From a virus (Duplodnaviria > Caudoviricetes): DNA of 64,000 nt. This document shows, piece after piece, positions 9,332 to 18,700 of this stretch; position 1 is the first letter of the stretch, and the number at the start of each line of letters is the position of its first letter. Both the position numbers and the translations under genes were made by a program. Under the pieces are notes generated by a model. The model was given only the letters and a program-made list of their open reading frames with translations, was not told where the DNA came from and searched no databases. The stretch covers positions 7,427-71,426 of the IMG/VR virus record IMGVR_UViG_3300001335_000566. One strand, given 5' to 3'.

Positions 9332-9523
9332 TGTGGTAATCCGTGGTTAAAAATTAAATGCGAAGAATGTGGGCAGCAAATATTATCTTATAAAAATTTA
9401 GGACTTGCGAGTTTCTTTCATAAAGATGACGAAGACCCTTGGAAAACTGGAATGGCATCAAGCCCTATAAGATATATTTGCGGTAAATGTTCAGATAAAC
9501 TTGGTTATGATGATGGTTATTAG
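9281..9523 (+). CDS. zinc-finger-like cassette protein (80 aa) whose start lies inside the attC-like element
   Basis: CEECG...CGKC; N-terminal MMNNEQKPQLTIPRVT is encoded by the palindrome's right arm. Confidence 0.65.
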   Translation: MMNNEQKPQLTIPRVTNCGNPWLKIKCEECGQQILSYKNLGLASFFHKDDEDPWKTGMASSPIRYICGKCSDKLGYDDGY

Positions 9524-9528
9524 CCATT

Positions 9529-9634
9529 GTTGGTAACTTGTGTATATGATAACAAAATGTTGCCAACAAAAGAGATTTGATATGGTTAAACCATTTAGTT
9601 ATGGAAAACTGCCACCAGATACACAACGATAATA
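9529..9634 (+). mobile_element. second, degenerate attC-like element
   Basis: GTTGGTAAC just after the stop at 9523; TTGTGTAT (9538) pairs with ATACACAA (9619); R' core degenerate (CGATAAT); alternative GTTGCCAAC at 9559. Confidence 0.45.
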
Positions 9635-9678
9635 TGCTTAATTTAATATAACACAGACCCCGTATTGTTGGATCAGTG

Positions 9679-9714
9679 AAACGCCGTTATTAAACTACTT
9701 TAAAAACCATACCA
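9679..9714 (+). promoter_or_regulatory. repeated upstream motif copy 3
   Basis: AAACGCCGTTATTAAACTACTTTAAAAACCATACCA-ATG. Confidence 0.6.
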
Positions 9715-10098
9715 ATGAAAACAACAATTTCAAAACAGGAAGGGATCACAAACGAAGCCGCCGAAGAAATTTTATCTGCTGCCGGCTTTCCAATGGCCGG
9801 ACTTGTAATCTACTCACTGACTTATAATCGTACCGGGTATGGACATTATGAACTTGTGGTCGAATTATGCAACTATTTTAATTTTGCAGAATCCGTTTAT
9901 CTGAGCCGCACCTCAACGGATGCTTCCTTGATTGACGATTGGGATGAAGATTTTCCGTTGCATCATGACAGACCTCAAGAAGACGCACTGTTATTCATTT
10001 TGACCCTGGATGAAAATCGTGAAGCCCTTTTATCATTTATTAATTATAAAACAAAAACCAACTCTGGCATTCAAGGTGTACCATTATCAAATTATTAA
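9715..10098 (+). CDS. hypothetical acidic protein (127 aa), last gene of the higher-GC island
   Basis: ORF track; up to 50% GC in line 9901. Confidence 0.65.
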   Translation: MKTTISKQEGITNEAAEEILSAAGFPMAGLVIYSLTYNRTGYGHYELVVELCNYFNFAESVYLSRTSTDASLIDDWDEDFPLHHDRPQEDALLFILTLDENREALLSFINYKTKTNSGIQGVPLSNY

Positions 10099-10115
10099 CT
10101 CATAAAATAAAAAAA

Positions 10116-10925
10116 ATGAAATTATTAAATACTCTTTTATCAGCAAGATGTCAAATATATATTTGGTTAAATTTATTTCCTAAAATAAACAATGCTCATA
10201 AAAAAATCTTTAAATTAGGATTTAATACAGAAAATCGTGAGTTTATTGACTCAAATTTATTTAAGAAAAAACTAAATATAAATTATGGAAGTGCCAGACC
10301 TGATATGGATAGTATTTTTCATGAAGATTGTGTTATTAAAAAAAATAATTCAATTACTATTCTTACAAAAGTAAAAAAAACACTTGGTTACGAATGGGAT
10401 GGTAAATCAATAACTAAAAATGTACAATCAGGTTTAGCATATACAGACAATATTTTTTATCCCAAGGGCCTTTATTTTGCAACTATTTTAATTGATAACA
10501 ATATGTTAGGTGCTTGGCCTGCATGGTGGTTTCTTCATGATACAAAAATAAAATATGAAGAAATTGATATGTTTGAACGATTTATATCTCCATATCCTAA
10601 ACGAAAAGATGTTACAATTTCTGTTTGGACTGGAAAGAGTTCAAAAATGGAAGACAGAAAAATGTATAATAATTCTTGTTCATTACCCAATAAAAGACCT
10701 TATATAAATTGTATGATATATTTTACTGATAAAAAAAGAATGAAGGTTTATATTAATGGTTTACTGGTTTTTATTGGAAGAAAATATTTTCCTACAGAAA
10801 AATTATCAATGCGAATAAATTCCGGATTACAAAAAAATATGTATAAATATCATTCAGTTATAAATTCTATTCAAACAAATAATCATACATTTATAGTTAA
10901 AAATTTATTTCATTATATAAAATAA
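10116..10925 (+). CDS. glycoside hydrolase family 16-like protein
   Basis: GAWPAWWFL...EEIDMFE = GH16 WPAxW plus catalytic ExDxxE. Confidence 0.75.
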   Translation: MKLLNTLLSARCQIYIWLNLFPKINNAHKKIFKLGFNTENREFIDSNLFKKKLNINYGSARPDMDSIFHEDCVIKKNNSITILTKVKKTLGYEWDGKSITKNVQSGLAYTDNIFYPKGLYFATILIDNNMLGAWPAWWFLHDTKIKYEEIDMFERFISPYPKRKDVTISVWTGKSSKMEDRKMYNNSCSLPNKRPYINCMIYFTDKKRMKVYINGLLVFIGRKYFPTEKLSMRINSGLQKNMYKYHSVINSIQTNNHTFIVKNLFHYIK

Positions 10926-10934
10926 CTTTTAATT

Positions 10935-11516
10935 ATGGCTTTCTGGACAAAAAAACAATTTGAAAATTTTGAGAACAATAGTATCAAAAACTCACACAAC
11001 TCTTATTCTATTAAAAATCCCACACAAGATGAAATTAATAAAATTTTAGAACGTCATGAATTGACCGGTCCAAATACATATTATATTCCAGGTGAAGTTC
11101 CATCATCTAAAAATTTTAAAAGAATTGCTTTTAAACCCGATAAAACTAATAAAAGTTCATGGAAATATTTACAACATGGTAAATGGATTCATGTTATACC
11201 TTTTATAGTTGCAAGTAATTTTACTGAAGTATATAAAAAATATGTTGGTCCTTATTATCAAAAATATGCATTTGATTTTAGAAATGCTTCTATTAAAAAA
11301 GGTTTTCCTGTTTATGTGGAATTTACTTTTATTCGAAAAACAAATCAAATTTGGGACTTCAATAATATTACACAAGTTGTTCAAGATTTAATGAAAGAAT
11401 ATGGATGGATTGATGATGATAATTCTCGATTTTTAATACCTATGCCTCCACAAAAACCAAAACCTGCATATCATGTAGATAAAGAAAATCCTGGTGTAAT
11501 AATAAGATTGTTATGA
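10935..11516 (+). CDS. rusA: RusA-like Holliday junction resolvase
   Basis: IPGEVPSSKN...VEFTFIRKT...WDFNNITQVVQDLM..YGWIDDDN. Confidence 0.75.
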   Translation: MAFWTKKQFENFENNSIKNSHNSYSIKNPTQDEINKILERHELTGPNTYYIPGEVPSSKNFKRIAFKPDKTNKSSWKYLQHGKWIHVIPFIVASNFTEVYKKYVGPYYQKYAFDFRNASIKKGFPVYVEFTFIRKTNQIWDFNNITQVVQDLMKEYGWIDDDNSRFLIPMPPQKPKPAYHVDKENPGVIIRLL

Positions 11517-11809
11517 AAAAATATATTAGTCATAAAATTAAAAAATTACCTAAAAATGTAGAATTGTTAAAAGAAAAAGATATGGGTAATATTAAATCAT
11601 TGTTATTTATTATGCAATCTTTTTATGATGATCATTATGAAATATTTTTAATGAATAAAGAAACATTTACTATTGATAAAATATTTCCTTGGATAAACGC
11701 AAACAGGTGTTGGATTAAATCAAATAAACCAACACCTGTTATAGAAAAAAAAGAAGAAAATAAAATTAAAACATTATATGATGAAATAGATTTTGGATTT
11801 AATCCTTAA
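11513..11809 (+). CDS. hypothetical protein (98 aa)
   Basis: ORF track; last + strand gene. Confidence 0.55.
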   Translation: MKKYISHKIKKLPKNVELLKEKDMGNIKSLLFIMQSFYDDHYEIFLMNKETFTIDKIFPWINANRCWIKSNKPTPVIEKKEENKIKTLYDEIDFGFNP

Positions 11810-11972
11810 TAGTCTTATCTGTCTTCTTATTTTCTGTTTTCTCTTTTAATGGTTCAATGGCATGCATAAATTTATAAAGATTATTATGTGCCTTAAGACC
11901 TTCTGAACGTAATGTAATATCTACCAAATAAGATAACACATCTTGAGCTTCTTTATCTACAATAATTTTCAT
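11799..11972 (-). CDS. small protein (57 aa, not in ORF track), last gene of the - strand operon
   Basis: Hand translation MKIIVDKEAQDVLSYLVDITLRSEGLKAHNNLYKFMHAIEPLKEKTENKKTDKTIKD, directly downstream of the fibre gene. Confidence 0.65.
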   Translation of the reverse strand: MKIIVDKEAQDVLSYLVDITLRSEGLKAHNNLYKFMHAIEPLKEKTENKKTDKTIKD

Positions 11973-11986
11973 AACTTAAACTTTTT

Positions 11987-14137
11987 TTATTTTAATACAA
12001 ATGTAGCACAAATTGTTAAATAATCAGCATCACCTGTTCCTTTTTGAAAAATTTTAGCTTCGATATTTTCTCCATAACCAATTGAATATTTAGCAGGATC
12101 AATATCTACAATTGTCTGATTATATCCTGTTCCTACAGTTATTCCTTCATTTGCATTTGATGTTGATAAATAATCTGTTGTTGAAGCAGCTAAACCAACT
12201 CTTAAATTAACATTAGGTTGAACCGTAGAATCATTAGCAACATGTATTGCAGTAAAATGAACACAAAATGCATCTTTATGATGCCATTTATATCCACCCT
12301 TAATATTCATTAAATCTGTTAATCCGGAAGCAGTATCTCCAACATTATAATTTGCGACATTTAAAATTAATTCTTTAGTAATTACTTTATTAGGACTACC
12401 AACCCACAAATTATCAATATCATTTGCACCAGTTGTTAATGGGGCTCCAGCAATATCAATGTAAGTTGCTTGAACATCTGTTATAATTGCATAATATATT
12501 GTTACTGCAGATGTTAATTTGAATTTTATTGGCATTCCTTTATTTAAAATACCAGTAAAATCATCATACATTGCAATTCTACTTGTTGAAGAAGCTGTAT
12601 TATTATATTCATCATCAGCATTTAATTCAAGCCATCCTGAATGACTTAATCCTGCAATATAGTAACCAAGATTATATCTTTTTGTATTTCCTGTCGGAAG
12701 AGATAAATCTTCTCCAAGAATAAAAGATTCTGTACTTAATTCCGAACCAGATAAATCAAAGTCAATAACAATTTCTTCAGCTGATTCAGTATATATTCCT
12801 AAAGAAATATAATCACCATGATCAGTTATTTTAAATCCTCCATGAATATCTAATCTTAATACACCCGCACCACCATCATATAAGTAACCAGGAGTGGCAG
12901 CAGCATCTACAGCAACATATTTATCAGCAGATGTAAGAGTTGTATCCCAAGATAGATTTCCGACTCCATCAGTTTTTATATATGCTACGGCACCAGGAGC
13001 AGCAAGACGAATAAATTCCGTACCATCATGTATTAAAATATCACCTTTACTTCCTGTACCAAATAACCAATCTTTAGTTTGAATATTTGTATTTTTTACG
13101 ATATTATTATTTGAATCTAAACCAAGAATAGTATTTTTCAATGTTGCTAATGTAACTGCAACATTAAGATCACCATCAATAAACATTTTACCATGTGTTG
13201 GTGTTCTTAAAGTAATATCATAACCCGATTCTATAGTTCCTAAAACTCCTATTTTACCTATTGCAACACTACCTTCAGAATACCCAAGAAATACATTTCC
13301 TTGATTAGCCCCACTACTGTTACCTCCATAAATATGTACAGACCCTCCATCCAAGGCAATACTTGAAGTACCCCCTTTAAGTACTAAATTTCCACCAGCA
13401 GCAATAGCCGAATCACTTGATTTAAGTGTTAATTTTGATCCACCAGTACCAGGTGATGTTTGATCATTTAATTTAATAACTGAATCAAAATTTGAATTTA
13501 AAGTAATATTTTCGCCTAAAAAAGTACCACGACCTATATCAACATCATCATTAGCAGTTTTAGGTTCAAGAATAGTTCCTGATCTGCTCCAAAATGATGC
13601 TCCTGCTATTAAATATGATATATTTGCAAGTTTTGGTTTATTTCCATCACTATAATCAAGAAATATAATTTTATCTGCAAGACTAAAGGATTTATCTGCA
13701 TCAATATCAGGAATTCCTTCAACTCCACCATTTAACAATATAGGAACAAATTCTATTTTAAAATTCATTCTTGTACTACCAGAATTATATACAGGTGTTA
13801 ATTTTATTCCATCTTCTTCTTCTAAAGCAGTATTAATTGTAGTTGCTTCTGTATCTGAAGCACCAACCATTAATGGTAATTGATGAGGTCTTACAACAGT
13901 TTGTTTTGCTTTTGTAGATAACGAAACACTTGTACGTGTAATTACATTAACATCAGTAGCAAGTTTTACAAGTCCTTGTTCTGATTCTTTAGCAGTATCA
14001 GAAGTTTCATTAAACATTGCTATTGAGTCAGTAAGATTTCGAAAACAAGTTTCATCTGGTAAATTTCTTTGACGAAACCGTTTATGTGCTGAAGTATTAG
14101 GGACATTAAAAAACCAAATTCTATCTTTTTTTGCCAT
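11987..14137 (-). CDS. tail fibre/spike-like structural protein (716 aa)
   Basis: N-terminal RFRQRNLPDETCFRNLTDS anchor-type motif; Gly-rich beta repeats; GSKGDILIHDGTEFIRLAA; position at the end of the structural block. Confidence 0.6.
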   Translation of the reverse strand: MAKKDRIWFFNVPNTSAHKRFRQRNLPDETCFRNLTDSIAMFNETSDTAKESEQGLVKLATDVNVITRTSVSLSTKAKQTVVRPHQLPLMVGASDTEATTINTALEEEDGIKLTPVYNSGSTRMNFKIEFVPILLNGGVEGIPDIDADKSFSLADKIIFLDYSDGNKPKLANISYLIAGASFWSRSGTILEPKTANDDVDIGRGTFLGENITLNSNFDSVIKLNDQTSPGTGGSKLTLKSSDSAIAAGGNLVLKGGTSSIALDGGSVHIYGGNSSGANQGNVFLGYSEGSVAIGKIGVLGTIESGYDITLRTPTHGKMFIDGDLNVAVTLATLKNTILGLDSNNNIVKNTNIQTKDWLFGTGSKGDILIHDGTEFIRLAAPGAVAYIKTDGVGNLSWDTTLTSADKYVAVDAAATPGYLYDGGAGVLRLDIHGGFKITDHGDYISLGIYTESAEEIVIDFDLSGSELSTESFILGEDLSLPTGNTKRYNLGYYIAGLSHSGWLELNADDEYNNTASSTSRIAMYDDFTGILNKGMPIKFKLTSAVTIYYAIITDVQATYIDIAGAPLTTGANDIDNLWVGSPNKVITKELILNVANYNVGDTASGLTDLMNIKGGYKWHHKDAFCVHFTAIHVANDSTVQPNVNLRVGLAASTTDYLSTSNANEGITVGTGYNQTIVDIDPAKYSIGYGENIEAKIFQKGTGDADYLTICATFVLK

Positions 14138-14149
14138 GATATAAATTTT

Positions 14150-14638
14150 TTAAGAAATTCTAAATATTGGATCTGTTGTGCCTTCTATTTGCATATAACC
14201 AATTCCATCATAATATTCAGGTGGATCTTCCTCGTTTAATGGTGCAAATTCTATAGCAAGATTAAATAACTGAAATATCTGTAGTATGTTTTGAATAGAA
14301 TATCCTTTACATTGAAAAACTTCTCGTATTTTTTTAGTACAATATTCTCTTATATAATAAGTAGAACCTTTATCTTTTCCTGTTTCTGAATTTAAAGCAT
14401 CAAATTCTCTTTCTTTTTGAATTAATTGTAAATATTTTAAAAGATGATGAATATCCATAATGTTTTGAGCCAAACAATAATCCTTTTTCCCAAATAAGTC
14501 CTTACCAACTATATTATCAAAGTTCTGATTTATTTCAGAATAAATAATATCCCAAAATCTTATTTCTTTTTCATCTGTTTCAGTAACATTAATGTTACCA
14601 CAACAATCCATTAAAGTTCCAAAGCTGTCAAATTCCAT
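14150..14638 (-). CDS. putative tail/virion protein (162 aa)
   Basis: Position between fibre and RNAP genes; Cys-containing. Confidence 0.4.
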   Translation of the reverse strand: MEFDSFGTLMDCCGNINVTETDEKEIRFWDIIYSEINQNFDNIVGKDLFGKKDYCLAQNIMDIHHLLKYLQLIQKEREFDALNSETGKDKGSTYYIREYCTKKIREVFQCKGYSIQNILQIFQLFNLAIEFAPLNEEDPPEYYDGIGYMQIEGTTDPIFRIS

Positions 14639-14641
14639 TTT

Positions 14642-15748
14642 TTAACAAGTTATATCATTATTAGAATCTTCAGTACAATTGCCACATCTTTCAGTAATTA
14701 TTTTTAATTTATCAACCATTTGTCCTACTGTAGTAATGAAATCTTCTCTTTGACTATTAATTGTTAAAATCCCAAGATACTTATATCTATCAAGAAAAAT
14801 ATACTTTTCAATTAATGTATATAATCCCCAAATCATGTTCATGTCATATCTTTTTTCTTGAATATTATATTGATCTTCACAATCAGAATCATCACAAGGA
14901 TCATTACATTTACAAATAATGTATCTAAACAATTGTTTATAACACTCTTCTGAATCACATAAATCATAAATTACAAGTTCTGCTTTTAATGAATTTTCTA
15001 AATCACCTACCTCTGAACCATATATTTCAATAACATATACACCATCATCACCTCCTTCATAATTTTCCAAATTTATACTTAATACATTATCAACAAATAA
15101 AAGTTCATCATCCAAAAGAACATTATCATAAGTTCTTAATTGTATTTTTGATACAGTTACACCACCACTTGTATTATCATGAACATTCCATTGATGACAA
15201 TCTGTTTTTTCAAGTGTATAAAGTAAACAATTAATTCCAACATTAATAGTACTCCAACCTATATTTTGTGATTGATCATTAAGTGAATACTCAAATAAAT
15301 CATAAATATCTTTATAATCATCAATCGTTCCACCCCCTACAGGATCTGTTTCGCCTATTTGAATAAGTGACCAACCAGTTGTTCCAGATGCCCCTGGTTG
15401 ACCAGAAGGATTTGCTACACTTTGAATATAAAAATAATTTTCAAACCATACTATCTTCCATTGAGTACCTGCATTATATGTTGTTGAAGAAGACCAAATA
15501 TCAACAATACATCCTTTTATATTAAAAGTATAATTATTTTCTGTTGAAATATACCATTCTTCAGAATTACTTAAATCACAACCACGAATATTTGTATATT
15601 CATCTATTGACCAAAATAATGCAATACCTAATTCATTTCTTTCTCTTGCGGGAGAAGATATAGGATATGTACTCAAATCAGAAATATAGATAAATCCACA
15701 ATCACGATCAGGATCTGCACCAAGTTTAAATTCAGAAGTATAACCCAT
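14642..15748 (-). CDS. putative tail (hub-like) structural protein (368 aa)
   Basis: Acidic, Cys-rich C-terminus (CYKQLFRYIICKCNDPCDDSDC); position in the structural block. Confidence 0.45.
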   Translation of the reverse strand: MGYTSEFKLGADPDRDCGFIYISDLSTYPISSPARERNELGIALFWSIDEYTNIRGCDLSNSEEWYISTENNYTFNIKGCIVDIWSSSTTYNAGTQWKIVWFENYFYIQSVANPSGQPGASGTTGWSLIQIGETDPVGGGTIDDYKDIYDLFEYSLNDQSQNIGWSTINVGINCLLYTLEKTDCHQWNVHDNTSGGVTVSKIQLRTYDNVLLDDELLFVDNVLSINLENYEGGDDGVYVIEIYGSEVGDLENSLKAELVIYDLCDSEECYKQLFRYIICKCNDPCDDSDCEDQYNIQEKRYDMNMIWGLYTLIEKYIFLDRYKYLGILTINSQREDFITTVGQMVDKLKIITERCGNCTEDSNNDITC

Positions 15749-15762
15749 TTTTATAGTTTTTA

Positions 15763-15794
15763 CAAAGTTAATGTTTTAAAAGTCATTTGTCAAT
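15763..15794 (-). promoter_or_regulatory. Bacteroidota sigma70-type promoter
   Basis: Minus strand ATTG-N20-TAACTTTG (consensus TTTG-N19-21-TAnnTTTG), 14 nt upstream of the ATG at 15748. Confidence 0.55.
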
Positions 15795-18700
15795 CTGTAT
15801 CTTCATCATAAATATCTCCTGTATACATTGCATGTAGTGGTTCTTTGAAAGCAGTAATAGCAGCTTTCCCGGGATAATTGTTAAACGACATTTTATTATT
15901 TCTATCAAAAATATAATTTCTAAGAATTTGAAATACTGCAAATGGTTCATTAATTGTTCTAATAGCAGTTGGTAAAACAAGTAATGATTCATAAGAATAC
16001 ATAACATTTCTTATTAATCTCCAATTAGGAATAGGTTTATCAAAATTCATTTTACTCCAAAACAATTTTGCACTTTTATCTTTGTCTTTATCATCATCAA
16101 CTAAACCAAGATATAATGCTCTCATTATAAAAAATAAGGCAACAGATGTAGCAAATTTCATGAAATTCCTTTTATCATTAGATGTCATATTTTTATAATC
16201 AAACTTACCATATCTTAATAATATTCCCATATATCTTGTAATGGTTCTCATATAACCTTCAACAAATTCTTTTTCAAATTGTACCATGGGTTCACCATGT
16301 TCATCATAAATAACATTACCTTTTTCATCATGACTTATTCTCCAATCTCCAAGTGTTTCTATATGTTCTCCTTTTTGAAATGCATTACTAACACGACTTA
16401 TAAACCATACATTAAACATTGAAAAAAGTTTCCCAAGTACATTTTGAGCAATAACTGATTTAGATAACGCATCGTAAGATCCTACAACATATTTATCAGC
16501 TAAAGCTTTAAATTTACGAGTTGTCATTAAGTCATAACCACTTACTAATGGATCATTTTCTTTTTGTCCCCAAACTCCATCAATAATAAGTCTTTGTTTC
16601 TTATGATTCATTAATGCTTTTTGTTCTTTTGATTGTGTTCCGTCTTCATTATAATATCTACGATCTTTCTTTACATTATAATCAACAAGACCAGTATCAG
16701 AATTAATAGAATAGGCATTCCAGGAACCATCATGTATCATTTGAGCAACCATTATAACACCTCTTGCATAATAATCTGCAGCCCAATTTGTCCAATTAGA
16801 AGCATAACTACTAATTAATGTTTTAGGTAATTTTTGCCTTCTACGAAAAGATATAAGATCTCTTTCAGTCATATTCATGACTTGTAATTGTTGTAACAAC
16901 TGACCAACTTTTCTTTTGTGTGAGAAAAACAATGTTGAAGCTTTTGCAAGATCAGCAGCATTATATAAATTTCCATCTTTAACCATAGTATTACCAATGG
17001 CTTCTGTCCATGCAAATAATGCATTAGCAGTTGCTCCAATCATTGCAATATTTGGGTTAAAAGCCATAACCATAGGCGATGTAACAGCCATTGATAATCG
17101 TAATCCTTTATCAAGTTTTTCACCCATTTCACCCTTCCATACATTTCTTCTACCCTTTATTGCTTGTTCTGTGTAAACATTTATATAATCAATTGTTTTT
17201 TGCATTTCTGTAGATGTATTTTCATCTATATCCCTTAAAAGTAATTTAATACCATTAATAGCTGGCATTACTTCTTCTTCATAAACTTCATTACGAATAG
17301 TAGTTATCATGAAATAATTCATGATCATTTCCATATTTGTTGACATTTTAGAATTAATATCTTTAGCTTCATTCAATATTTTCCATCCTACTTTATTTTG
17401 ACCTGATGCTAAAACACCTTCATTAATATCTTTAAAAATACCAAGCATTGCATCTGTTCTTAATTTTACACCTAATTCTGATGCAGGAGCATTTTTCTTA
17501 CCATAACCAAATTGCCAAAAAAATGAATCTCCTATCATTCTATGGTCATTATAATCATGAGTTCTATCCCTATTCCTTATATCGTATAGTTCCTCAAGGT
17601 CTGTTATTTCTATAAATCTTTTACCTAAAGCACCTTTTACTCCTTTAAAACCTTTACTCATCATTTCTCCAGTACTTTGAGTCATAAGAGGAACCATGCC
17701 TTTTACATAATGTGTATTGTTTTCATCAATTTCTCTTTGAGCAGATTCAGTATCGTAAAGTTTATCAGCTTCTGCATCCCAAAAACCATTAAATCCAGTA
17801 CTCATTCTTCTATGATGAACTATTGAATTTAAATATGTTTCATGAATTATTTCAACAAACCCACGTCCTATTTCAAGCCAATCTTTAAAATTATAATCTT
17901 CGGCAATCATTTTTCGGGCTTGTTTAGCATGTTCTTTAGCAATACCTTTGGCTTCATTTTCATTATCAGTCCAATAAATAAACCCTGTATTCAACATTCT
18001 ATTTCCAGTAATATCAGGAATTTTCACAAATATTTTTTCAAATATTTTACCTGATAAATTAAATACTAATTCTTCTACATTAGCACCAGGATGTTCTTTT
18101 AAATACAGTTTCTTTGCTTTATCAAGTAACACATTTACTTTTTTCTTTTGATCATTAAATTTTAAAACTATTTTTCTTGAAGATTCATTTATAATTCGAT
18201 GAACTTCTTGAACATTATCAGCACCAATACTATTAGCATCAAACAATTTTGAAACAGTATCTAAATCTGTTAATTCATTATATTGTCCATCAGCCATTTT
18301 GACAAGTTTAATGGCTTTTATGGCTTCAAGAATCATTTTAACTTCCCTTTTTTCTTTAATTGAAAAACTATCATTTTCTGGATTTCTTTCAAATATTGTA
18401 AGAAGTCTTCTATTAAGTATGTCTAATTTTTCATTAACACTTAAATTTTCTTCTTCTCTTATATAATGAAACATTCCTTTATCAATTCTTCCATCCCTTG
18501 CCCATTCACGATATGTAGTTATCATTATTCCTTCAGTATCATTATTTACATCATATAATTTACCTTTAAGAACTCTTTTTATTTTTTCATTATCAAATAA
18601 ATTCATAAATTCTTCATTTGATGCAAGTATTTTTAATTGTTTATTAAAATATGGCATATCAACTAAAAATCTTTCAGAGTCTTTGTTATTAAAATTAATA

